From an uncultured virus (IMG/VR IMGVR_UViG_3300032030_002667) (lineage: Duplodnaviria; Heunggongvirae; Uroviricota; Caudoviricetes): DNA of 20,000 bases. This document shows positions 1 to 7,613 of the stretch, in pieces. The DNA is taken from IMG/VR virus record IMGVR_UViG_3300032030_002667. One strand, 5' to 3'. Positions within the stretch are counted from its first letter, which is position 1. The number at the start of each line of letters is the position of its first letter. The position numbers and the translations under genes are program-made. The notes below the pieces were generated by a model, which had not been told where the DNA came from, made no database searches, and was given only the letters and a program-made list of their open reading frames with translations.

Positions 1-33
1 TACTTTTGTTTATTAGGTCATACTGCTGCCTTC

Positions 34-236
34 GCCTCATTTTTACTTTGCAAAGGTAGCCAAGCCCGTGCCCTGCAAGTACCATTCATCCTTCATTATT
101 AGCGCACTTTTTTCAAAATCTTTTGGGACAAGCCTCAAAACATTTGCTTTGCCCTCTCGGTGAAATAAGTTCTCAATTCCTTGCATCTGCGCACTTTCCA
201 CTTTCGGCTCTCGTATTGCACGTAAAAATCAGAGGC
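34..236 (+). promoter_or_regulatory. Long imperfect inverted repeat (~200 nt) upstream of the ardC-like gene; candidate ssDNA promoter or structured leader
   Basis: GCCTC-ATTTTTAC-TT-TGCAA (34-53) pairs with TTGCA-C-GTAAAAAT-CA-GAGGC (216-236). TGCAAG (74-79) pairs with CTTGCA (180-185). Apical hairpin TTTTGGGAC-AA-GCCTCAAAA (121-140). All three are centred at ~130-135. Confidence 0.6.
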
Positions 237-275
237 TCAATGGCCTACAGTATTAACATTTTAATAAACAAAATT

Positions 276-1373
276 ATGAGTACTTACAAGACAAGAAAAG
301 CGCAGGCTAAGAAGGCTGGCGCAGGTGCTAACAGCGAAAGCGCACAAGAGAGAGCATTGAATCTCTTCGCGGACATGATGATCGAGAAGATTGAGTCTAT
401 CATGACAGATTGGAGCAAGCCTTGGTTCACAGAGGGCATCGCTTCGTGGCCGAAGAATTTATCTGGCAGATGCTACAATGGTATGAACAGCCTCATGCTC
501 CTGATGCACTGTGAGAAGCAAGGGTACAAGTACCCGGTGTTCTGTACATTCGACAGAGTGATGGGTCTCAATTACAACAAGACATCGGTGGGCAATGTGC
601 CTGCAGTGGATGCCGAGGGGAATAAGCGCCCGATGGTGTCGGTCAACAAGGGCGAGAAGAGTTTCCCTGTCTTCCTTACTTGCTTTACGGTCGTCAACAA
701 GGACACGAATGAGAAGATTAAGTACGAAGAGTACAAACAGATGCCTGAAAGCGAGAGGGAGCATTACAATGTCTATCCGAGCACAGTGGTTTACAATGTC
801 TTCAACATCGATCAGACAAACATGAAGGAGGCAAGGCCGGAGATTTACGAGAAAATCATCCTGGAGAATGGCGGGAAGAAGCAGGAGCACAAGGGAGAAA
901 TGTTCCATTTCGATGCTATGGACAGAATGATGGAAGAAAATCTCTGGATTTGTCCTATCAAGCAGCTGCATGGGGATAGTGCTTTCTATAGCATCTCCAA
1001 GAAGTTAATCGTGCTTCCAGAGTTCTCGCAGTTCAAGGATGGTGAGTCGTTCTACGGCACGGCGTTCCATGAAATGGCGCACAGCACGGGAGCGGAGGAG
1101 CATCTGAATCGGCTGAAGCCTGCTTCTTTCGGAAGTGCCGAATACGCACAAGAGGAATTGGTGGCAGAGCTGACAAGTGCGATGGTTTGCCAGTACTGCG
1201 GTATGGACAAATACATCAAGGAGGACAGTGCGCCTTATCTCAAATCATGGCTCTCTTCACTTCAGCAGGATGCACAGTACATCAAGACAATCCTGCTCGA
1301 TGTCAAGAGAGCATCGGCCATGATTACAAAGGCAATCGAGGATTGCACCAGTCAGGCAGCACAGGCTGCTTGA
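276..1373 (+). CDS. ardC: ArdC-like antirestriction protein (N-terminal ssDNA-binding DUF1738 domain + zincin-like metallopeptidase domain)
   Basis: W-x-K-P-W...P-x-N-x-SGR-x-Y-x-G-x-N N-terminal motif, VFNIDQT, HEMAHSTG (HExxH), YAQEELVAE. Start placed at ATG 276 after an AT-rich leader. Confidence 0.88.
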   Translation: MSTYKTRKAQAKKAGAGANSESAQERALNLFADMMIEKIESIMTDWSKPWFTEGIASWPKNLSGRCYNGMNSLMLLMHCEKQGYKYPVFCTFDRVMGLNYNKTSVGNVPAVDAEGNKRPMVSVNKGEKSFPVFLTCFTVVNKDTNEKIKYEEYKQMPESEREHYNVYPSTVVYNVFNIDQTNMKEARPEIYEKIILENGGKKQEHKGEMFHFDAMDRMMEENLWICPIKQLHGDSAFYSISKKLIVLPEFSQFKDGESFYGTAFHEMAHSTGAEEHLNRLKPASFGSAEYAQEELVAELTSAMVCQYCGMDKYIKEDSAPYLKSWLSSLQQDAQYIKTILLDVKRASAMITKAIEDCTSQAAQAA

Positions 1374-1393
1374 TTGGTTCCTCTCTGCTTGAT

Positions 1394-1420
1394 AGCCTGG
1401 GCTTCGGCTCAGGCTTTTTT
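1394..1420 (+). terminator. Intrinsic terminator after ardC
   Basis: AGCCTGGGC-TTCG-GCTCAGGCT stem with a cUUCGg loop, followed by a T run. Confidence 0.85.
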
Positions 1421-1421
1421 G

Positions 1422-1457
1422 TGTCTTTCCGTACTGAAAGGAAAAGCGGTATTTTTG
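1422..1457 (+). promoter_or_regulatory. Element promoter, copy 1 (TGTCTTT-N21-TATTTTTG)
   Basis: Bacteroidetes -7 box TAnnTTTG at 1450-1457, with TGTCTTT starting 28 nt upstream of the box start. Confidence 0.7.
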
Positions 1458-1480
1458 CAGCAACCAAAAATGATTATACT

Positions 1481-2338
1481 ATGAGGCTCATCACTTCTAA
1501 CGAACAGCTTAACGCACTGCTCCCGAACATTCAGGTGACAGTCACAGGGGAAACACCCTTATTTGACAAGATTTCGCCTTTTCTCGCCGCAACCGAGAAA
1601 TGGCTCATTGAGACATTTACATCGGACAGGACGTTCAGCACCATTTGCGGATATACTGAGGACAATCCTACAAAGGTTCTGGCAAGGCAGATTGTCTGCT
1701 ATGAGGCATTCAGGAGGGCTTTGCCACACCTGGATGTCATCCTCACGCCTAATGGGTTCGGCATAGTCAACAATCAGAACATCGTTCCGGCAAGCAAGGA
1801 GCGGATAAACCGACTCCTTGACACGCTGCTGGAAAACCGGGACGCAGCGCTCTTGCAGTTCATTCCATTGCTCTATGCGGCTTCGCAGTGGAATAAGTCG
1901 GAACAATGTAAGTTCTTTGCCGCTACGATGTTCCCGAATATGGAGGTTACGCTGCGCCTTCCGAAACCTTCAGAAGGGCGCTGGATGCTTTACCTCGCCA
2001 TTCGGGAAAAGGCTATCGTCATTGAGCAGTTCTTCGCTGCGCAGTACCTATCAGTGGAACTGATGGACGTGCTACGCTCTGAGGTACAGGCTGGACAGTA
2101 CCGCTCAATGCTCCACCAAAGGATTTGTCGCACGCTGCAGGCGGTGGAGATTCGTTGCTTGCAAAGCACCGACCCCACGGCCTGGATGCACTTCGAGCAC
2201 AATGCTCTCTTTGACATCGTGAATACCATCAAGGATAATCCGGAGGAGTTTCCTGAATGGCATAGCTCGGCGACTGCCGAACTGTACAATCCTACAATCT
2301 TCGAGAATAAAAAGGAATCCAAAGGGTTTTGGTTTTGA
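1481..2338 (+). CDS. Conserved Bacteroidales prophage protein (DUF6712-like, possible head-tail connector)
   Basis: 285-aa ORF directly after a promoter, with element-like base composition. The family is recalled from resemblance only. Confidence 0.5.
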   Translation: MRLITSNEQLNALLPNIQVTVTGETPLFDKISPFLAATEKWLIETFTSDRTFSTICGYTEDNPTKVLARQIVCYEAFRRALPHLDVILTPNGFGIVNNQNIVPASKERINRLLDTLLENRDAALLQFIPLLYAASQWNKSEQCKFFAATMFPNMEVTLRLPKPSEGRWMLYLAIREKAIVIEQFFAAQYLSVELMDVLRSEVQAGQYRSMLHQRICRTLQAVEIRCLQSTDPTAWMHFEHNALFDIVNTIKDNPEEFPEWHSSATAELYNPTIFENKKESKGFWF

Positions 2339-2339
2339 A

Positions 2340-2414
2340 AAACTCAGCCATCTTCACAGACAGCTGAGTTTCATGATAAATCCCGATAACATTTTATTGT
2401 ATCGGGATTTTATC
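2340..2414. terminator. Two tandem hairpins between convergent genes
   Basis: AAACTCAGC (2340-2348)/GCTGAGTTT (2363-2371) and GATAAATCCCGATA (2375-2388)/TATCGGGATTTTATC (2400-2414). Confidence 0.7.
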
Positions 2415-2429
2415 AGGAAGAAAACAAAG

Positions 2430-2738
2430 TTATTTTTTGTCAGGTATTCCATATTCTGGCCATCGAGCTTGCGGATAATAGCCTTTCAGAGTTTTTTTCT
2501 TTTCTTTGTAGGCTTCATTCAGACGATTCATCACAGCATGCATATTTCTCACCTTATTGGTAAGTTCTACACGCAATTGATCCACTTCGGCATTAGCTAA
2601 TAGAAGATCTTTGATACTTTGTTCCATTGCGCTGATTTCGTCATTTGTCACTCCGCCGCCTTTGCCCTGAAGGTGCTTGCGCATACCCTCTGCCAGATTG
2701 TGACTCTTCTCAATTAGTTGTTCTACTGTCTTTGGCAT
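2430..2738 (-). CDS. Small coiled-coil hypothetical protein (102 aa), independently transcribed cargo gene
   Basis: ATG at 2738 preceded by an AT-rich leader, with its own -7 box (2825-2832). Opposite orientation to neighbours; heptad-like helical sequence. Confidence 0.75.
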   Translation of the reverse strand: MPKTVEQLIEKSHNLAEGMRKHLQGKGGGVTNDEISAMEQSIKDLLLANAEVDQLRVELTNKVRNMHAVMNRLNEAYKEKKKTLKGYYPQARWPEYGIPDKK

Positions 2739-2824
2739 AATACTGATAATTAAATAATTAAATGTTAATTCTGTCTTTGAGTCTGTGATGCTTAACACAC
2801 TAGAACTCTAAAACATTTTCTATA

Positions 2825-2832
2825 CAAAAATA
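2825..2832 (-). promoter_or_regulatory. Bacteroidetes -7 box (TATTTTTG) for the 102-aa gene
   Basis: Plus-strand CAAAAATA equals TAnnTTTG on the minus strand, ~87 nt upstream of the ATG. Confidence 0.55.
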
Positions 2833-2954
2833 GGAAAAAATGACGATTTATAGAACTATATATATGCTCATTTTTTTTGTTTTTTTAACGCTATTTGAGA
2901 CATTAGACAACAAATTTTTGAATAAAAAACGGCTCTTTTTCGGTCTCTTCATTC

Positions 2955-2990
2955 TGTCTTTTCGCGCGTCTGGCTGCTTCCGTACCTTTG
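2955..2990 (+). promoter_or_regulatory. Element promoter, copy 2 (TGTCTTT-N21-TACCTTTG)
   Basis: TGTCTTTT at 2955, -7 box at 2983-2990, ATG only 4 nt later. Confidence 0.72.
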
Positions 2991-2994
2991 CGGT

Positions 2995-3726
2995 ATGAAA
3001 ACAGTCATCGATTTATCTGTACCTAAGTCTTGGCAGGAACTGCCAGACAAAGAACTGCGCTTCGTGTTCCACCTTCTTAATGGCAGCTTCACGCTTACGC
3101 AGGTAAAAACAAGATGTCTCTTGCGATGGGCAGGCCTGCACGTGGTACGGCAGGAAGGCGCATTGTTTGTCGTACGAAGGGGAAAGCAGGTCTTCCCAAT
3201 CTCCGCACTGCAAATCACTGAGGCCATTTCAAACCTTGAATGGCTCGGTGATTTCCCTGTCTATCCTGTACGCCTCTCGCGTATCGGCTTCCACCGTGCT
3301 GTAAATGCGGACCTGCAGAATGTATCCTTCGAAGATTTCCTTACGCTCGATAATCTTTATCAGGGGTATCTCCAGACGCAGAAGGAAAACCTTCTGCATG
3401 ACATGGCGCTCATCCTGTACCAGGCTCGTTTCATCCGGCTCTCTAAAGAAGAAGCAACCTGCATCTTCTATTGGTTCACCTCTGTCAAGAGATACTTCGC
3501 TTCGCTCTTCACGCATTTCCTTGGCATCTCCCCAAGTAACGGGGAGAATGCTGCCTTATCCTACAAGCAACTGCAGGATAACGTCAATACGCAAATCCGC
3601 GCACTTACAGGTGGCGACATCACGAAGGAACGTGATGTCTTACGCATGGACTGCTGGCGTGCGCTCACTGAGCTGGACGCGAAAGCTAAAGATTATGACG
3701 AGCTTCAGAAGGCTACTAAAAAGTAA
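2995..3726 (+). CDS. Prophage hypothetical protein (possibly tail assembly chaperone-related)
   Basis: 243-aa ORF, first gene after a promoter. C-terminal ALTGGDITKE...ALTEL segment resembles Bacteroidetes phage proteins. Function is inferred. Confidence 0.6.
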   Translation: MKTVIDLSVPKSWQELPDKELRFVFHLLNGSFTLTQVKTRCLLRWAGLHVVRQEGALFVVRRGKQVFPISALQITEAISNLEWLGDFPVYPVRLSRIGFHRAVNADLQNVSFEDFLTLDNLYQGYLQTQKENLLHDMALILYQARFIRLSKEEATCIFYWFTSVKRYFASLFTHFLGISPSNGENAALSYKQLQDNVNTQIRALTGGDITKERDVLRMDCWRALTELDAKAKDYDELQKATKK

Positions 3727-3777
3727 ATTTCATTTCAATATTCATTATTAAATTCTTCATTCTTAATTTAATTCATC

Positions 3778-4608
3778 ATGGACAAACAATTCACATTGAA
3801 GCTGCAGGAGTGGTTGAATACTCCTGCTGAAAAGAGAGATCTTGAAGTCGGAGCTACGCTCTTGCTCCAGCTCACTAACAACAAGATTCTCTATCGGAAC
3901 ATCAAGAGCAATCTCAAAGGTCATGCTGACTTCATCGAGTTCAAGCTGAAGCGTTACCTCCAGTATCGCCTTCAGGAGCTGACGCACGAGGAGGTCGAAG
4001 CCATGCAGAAGCAGGTAGATGGCATCGTGGGTAAGTTCGCGCTTGACAAGGCAAAGGCTTCCTCTAAGAAGGGCAAGGCGCCTAAATCCGAAGCCCAGGA
4101 ATGGAAGGGAGGCAAGCGTGCCGATCACGACACGCTGCCTGATGAAATACAGGCGCTCTATGTCGAGAATGCCAGCATCATGCAGAAGATGCGGGAACTT
4201 CATCTTCAGCTGCGCAATCTCTCTACCAAGGCTTCTACCTGCCCGGACTCCGACCGCTATCCATTCCTCAAAGAGATTATCGAACTGGATAAGCGGTATC
4301 ATAAGAATTGGCAGGCTTACGACAGCTTCACAGCATCTTCGGACGCTGCCGATACTGGTAGCGGTGAAACCGCTCCCACGCCAGCTGCTCAGGCTGAAGC
4401 TAAGCCAGAGGTTGGTCAACAGACGCTTGACGAGACTGCGCGTCTTGAACAAAAGAACATCCTTCGCCAGATAAACCTGGCTAAGGGGCGCTACAAGAAG
4501 TCGCCTTCAGAGAAACTGAAGGACTCTATCCTCGCGCTGTACAAGCAGCTCACCGCTCCTTCGGATGCTTTGACTGCTGACTTGAAGCAATTGGGTATTC
4601 TTAATTAA
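3778..4608 (+). CDS. Prophage hypothetical helical protein
   Basis: 276-aa ORF with an AT-rich leader; helical segments joined by Lys/Ala- and Ala/Thr/Pro-rich linkers. Confidence 0.75.
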   Translation: MDKQFTLKLQEWLNTPAEKRDLEVGATLLLQLTNNKILYRNIKSNLKGHADFIEFKLKRYLQYRLQELTHEEVEAMQKQVDGIVGKFALDKAKASSKKGKAPKSEAQEWKGGKRADHDTLPDEIQALYVENASIMQKMRELHLQLRNLSTKASTCPDSDRYPFLKEIIELDKRYHKNWQAYDSFTASSDAADTGSGETAPTPAAQAEAKPEVGQQTLDETARLEQKNILRQINLAKGRYKKSPSEKLKDSILALYKQLTAPSDALTADLKQLGILN

Positions 4609-4623
4609 TAATCGCTACGCTCT

Positions 4624-4854
4624 ATGAAAACTCCAGTAAAAATTCAATACTTCATCGCCGTCGCTGCCTTCCTGGCAGCGGTCGGCTTTGGTATTGCAGG
4701 ATTCATTGTACCGCCTCCTGGACAGGTACATGACTCTGTGCTTTATCTCATAGCACAATTCCTGCTGCTCACTGCATCTATACTCGGTGTAGGTGCTATG
4801 TTCGCATCTCAGAAATTGAGTATCAAACAATCTCTTGAAAAGAAAGATCTATGA
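4624..4854 (+). CDS. Putative holin (two TM helices)
   Basis: 76 aa with two hydrophobic segments separated by PPPGQVHDS and a charged C-terminus, upstream of the endolysin. Confidence 0.6.
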   Translation: MKTPVKIQYFIAVAAFLAAVGFGIAGFIVPPPGQVHDSVLYLIAQFLLLTASILGVGAMFASQKLSIKQSLEKKDL

Positions 4855-5144
4855 ATTATCAACAAATCAATTTCACCTTGGACAATGGCAAGTATGTTGC
4901 CTCTGTTCAGCTGAGCGATGTGGCTGCACTGCACATCGAAAGGGAAGCCGCTGGCAATTTCAGTGCAAAGCAATCATCGCTGCCGGCTTCCTACAATCCT
5001 GCCTTTGCCAATCTCGAAGGGCTGTCTGATTGCTGCTTCATGCCTTCTGTGATGGACTTTGAACTCGCATTCGCTGTCTATCCTAAGTTCATCGAACTGC
5101 GCTCAGCTACACCGATCAAAAAAGCGTATCTGATTACACAGTAA
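4851..5144 (+). CDS. Hypothetical beta-rich protein (97 aa)
   Basis: ATGA overlap with the preceding gene, suggesting translational coupling. Confidence 0.7.
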   Translation: MNYQQINFTLDNGKYVASVQLSDVAALHIEREAAGNFSAKQSSLPASYNPAFANLEGLSDCCFMPSVMDFELAFAVYPKFIELRSATPIKKAYLITQ

Positions 5145-5151
5145 ATCCTAT

Positions 5152-5186
5152 CTCTTAACTCTTAACTCTTAACTCTTAATTCTTAA
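5152..5186 (+). repeat. Heptamer tandem repeat (CTCTTAA)x4 + TTCTTAA
   Basis: Read directly; ends 10 nt before ATG 5197. Confidence 0.9.
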
Positions 5187-5196
5187 CTCAACTCCC

Positions 5197-5925
5197 ATGG
5201 GAATTCTCATCAAATCCTTCTCCACTCAGCCTTCGCTAGTGGGACTGGCGAGGGCTGCCTTGTCAAAGGTATTCAACCCCTCCAACTATTACAGCAAATC
5301 GGAGGTGGATGTGCGTGTCAATGCCAGGCAGCCGGATGTTCATCTGACTGCTACTAACAAGGACACGCTCATGTATAACAATGCGGGCAATCAGGTTACG
5401 CAGGAGCGTGATGTCTATAACGGCACAGCCTTCGGAACAAACAACACGCTCACCAACTACGGTGCCTTCGCTGGCGGACATAGCTGTCAGGTGGGCAACA
5501 GGGCAGCTGCTTTCAATTCAAACAACACAGCATCGGGCACTAACGCCTTCGCTGAAGGTGGTAGTAACACCGCTAGCGGTGAATGCAGCCATGTCGGCGG
5601 TCAGCAGAGCAGAGCTGGCGGTAAGCGGGCTTTCGCGCATGGATATCAGTGCCAAGCTTCAGGAGAAAACTCCATCGCTATGGGCACTGCTCTTCGCACA
5701 CAGAACGATGGTGAAGCTGCCTTCGGACGCTTCAACAGCACTGGTGCCAACATCCGCTTCAGCGTTGGAGGTGGCTCGTCAGACTCGGACAGAAAGAATC
5801 TCCTTCAAATCGATGCAGATGGCACCATCTACATCCTGATGAACGGCACACCCTTGTCACTGCAGGAGTGCTTGAATTTACTGGCTGACAGGATAGACGC
5901 TCTGCAAGGTCCAGGGATAAAGTAA
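5197..5925 (+). CDS. Trimeric fibre/adhesin-like protein with YadA-head-type beta-roll repeats
   Basis: YYSKSEVD fibre-type motif, ~14-aa repeats (NTASGTNAFAEGGS, NTASGECSHVGGQQ, SRAGGKRAFAHGYQ, CQASGENSIAMG), FSVGGG..DRKN motif and a C-terminal coiled coil. Confidence 0.7.
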   Translation: MGILIKSFSTQPSLVGLARAALSKVFNPSNYYSKSEVDVRVNARQPDVHLTATNKDTLMYNNAGNQVTQERDVYNGTAFGTNNTLTNYGAFAGGHSCQVGNRAAAFNSNNTASGTNAFAEGGSNTASGECSHVGGQQSRAGGKRAFAHGYQCQASGENSIAMGTALRTQNDGEAAFGRFNSTGANIRFSVGGGSSDSDRKNLLQIDADGTIYILMNGTPLSLQECLNLLADRIDALQGPGIK

Positions 5926-5950
5926 ATTCTTCAAATTGTACATTATTGCT

Positions 5951-7003
5951 ATGCGTAAGATTAATGAAATCATCGTCCATTGTGCTGCCACGCGTGAAGG
6001 CAGAGACTTCACTGTCGAGGACATCACACGATGGCACAAGGCCAGGGGCTTCGTCACAATTGGCTATCACTATGTGATATATCGTGATGGGAGCATCCAC
6101 GAGGGCCGCCCTCTTGAACAAATAGGTGCCCACTGCGTGGGACACAACAAGCATTCCATTGGCATCTGCTACATCGGAGGCTGCGCCTCTGATGGCAAGA
6201 CACCAAAGGATACGCGCACGCCAGAGCAGAAGGAGGCATTGCTCGCTCTACTCAGGCGTCTCAAAGCGCGGTTTCCCAATGCCACGATACACGGACATAG
6301 GGATTTTGCTGCGAAGGCGTGCCCCTCGTTTGATGCCAGGTCTGAGTTTCGCAGTCTGGCAGTGACCATCCTGCTCGCTTTTTCGTGGATGCTCCTTTCT
6401 TCGTGTCGCTCCACAAAGCGGGTAGTGAAAGAAAAGGTTGAGGTTGCAATGCAGCAGACTGTATCGCAATCAGCCACTTCTTTCGCTACGGACAAGTTCC
6501 TCCAGAACATTGTACTGCATATCGATAGCATCGTGCTTACATCGATGTCTGTGCCGCAGGTGTCCGAAAACGTCGATGGCACAGTGCTTATCGGACGGAC
6601 TTCGGACAGCAGCGGCTTGGAGCCTTGTGCTCGGGAAACTCGCACAAGTGGTTCTTCAGCTAAAGCTTCAGGCGCAGGCGAAGCATCTCTACGCTCAGGC
6701 GCAGGGAAGGCGCTACCGCGCATTGATGTATCTAAGATAAAGGTGAGCGGCATTCGCCTCCAGTCTGTTACTGCTGACAGCTCCAGCTCCACTACAGCAG
6801 TCAGCAGCGAGGGTAATCTACAAGCCAGCGGACGCTCGCTTGCTAAAGCGAAGGAGGCTAAGAAGCCTTCTACGCTTGCATTCTATTGGATAGTATTCTT
6901 AATAATCATCGCCATAGCTGTGGCTGTCGCCTTTGCTGTGGCTTCAAAAGCAAACCCTTTTCGCTCGGCTGTTCGCTTCATCGTACGGAAAGTTTTGACG
7001 TGA
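5951..7003 (+). CDS. T7-lysozyme-type N-acetylmuramoyl-L-alanine amidase (endolysin) fused to a lipobox + C-terminal TM (u-spanin-like) domain
   Basis: IIVHCAAT, IGYHYVI, GAHC-x-G-x-N, SIGICYIGG and GHRDF..KACPSFD amidase_2 motifs (aa 1-130). Then LAVTILLAFSWMLLSSC (Cys152) and a C-terminal hydrophobic helix FYWIVFLIIIAIAVAVAFAVA. Confidence 0.85.
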   Translation: MRKINEIIVHCAATREGRDFTVEDITRWHKARGFVTIGYHYVIYRDGSIHEGRPLEQIGAHCVGHNKHSIGICYIGGCASDGKTPKDTRTPEQKEALLALLRRLKARFPNATIHGHRDFAAKACPSFDARSEFRSLAVTILLAFSWMLLSSCRSTKRVVKEKVEVAMQQTVSQSATSFATDKFLQNIVLHIDSIVLTSMSVPQVSENVDGTVLIGRTSDSSGLEPCARETRTSGSSAKASGAGEASLRSGAGKALPRIDVSKIKVSGIRLQSVTADSSSSTTAVSSEGNLQASGRSLAKAKEAKKPSTLAFYWIVFLIIIAIAVAVAFAVASKANPFRSAVRFIVRKVLT

Positions 7004-7587
7004 GCCATTGCCATCTGTAAGTGTCAGTGAGCACACGGCGAAGAGGACATGAGCCTGCATCACATTCCTTCGGGAAAGAGGTGCAGGCTTTCTTCATGTC
7101 CTTTCCTCTGTGGCTCTTATACTTGGCACATGCAGATGTCACCGCGCAATGTGTGCTTTGGCTCACGCTCACTTTCCTGTGTTTTCGCTCATCATACACA
7201 CGCGAAAGGCTTGCACCGCACATCGCTTTGAAAGAGTGGGCAAAGTGTTTCCTACATATTCCGCTATCATTTGGGGCGAGTTCCCAAAGGGGCGATGCAG
7301 GGCGGTCGGGGGGTGGTTACACGGAAACGAGGGGAAAATTCTTTTTCCCTCGACCCTTTTGTTTTGATTTTCAGTGCGTTGGGTTTTTGAGTCCTGGAAA
7401 ATTTCAATTTCTTCTAAAAACGTGGTAAGCGTAATTTTTGGGGGGGAACTTATTTGTATATCATATTATATTGAAATTTAAACACACAAGCAATTAGACA
7501 GTAAACCATGGGTTACTATCTTTTGAATTATTAGGAACAAAAGACAAGTATTTTTCCCTTCTTATTATATATATCGCAAATAATTTG

Positions 7588-7595
7588 TACCTTTG
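7588..7595 (+). promoter_or_regulatory. Bacteroidetes -7 box (TACCTTTG) for the two-component cassette
   Basis: Consensus TAnnTTTG ending 18 nt before ATG 7614; the TGTCTTT element is absent. Confidence 0.7.
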
Positions 7596-7613
7596 CAAAA
7601 AAAAGAGAAAAAT

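Noticed and set aside
1..58. Leftward gene starting at ATG 40 (MRRRQQYDLINKS) driven by a -7 box at 51-58
   Set aside because: Only 13 codons are visible and the sequence is explained by the hairpin arm; it cannot be supported from this window.
123..275. N-terminal extension of ArdC in the ORF track
   Set aside because: The TTG start lies inside the hairpin; ATG 276 has the typical AT-rich leader.
1187..1480. N-terminal extension of the 383-aa ORF
   Set aside because: It overlaps ardC and crosses a terminator and a promoter; the real start is probably 1481.
2772..2807. Fourth TGTCTTT promoter copy
   Set aside because: No -7 box 28 nt downstream.
5197..5925. Diversity-generating retroelement target
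   Set aside because: No reverse transcriptase and no template/variable repeat pair noticed in the window.
7021..7428. 135-aa ORF and overlapping short ORFs
   Set aside because: No recognisable motifs, weak starts, and they span G runs and hairpins; more likely non-coding.
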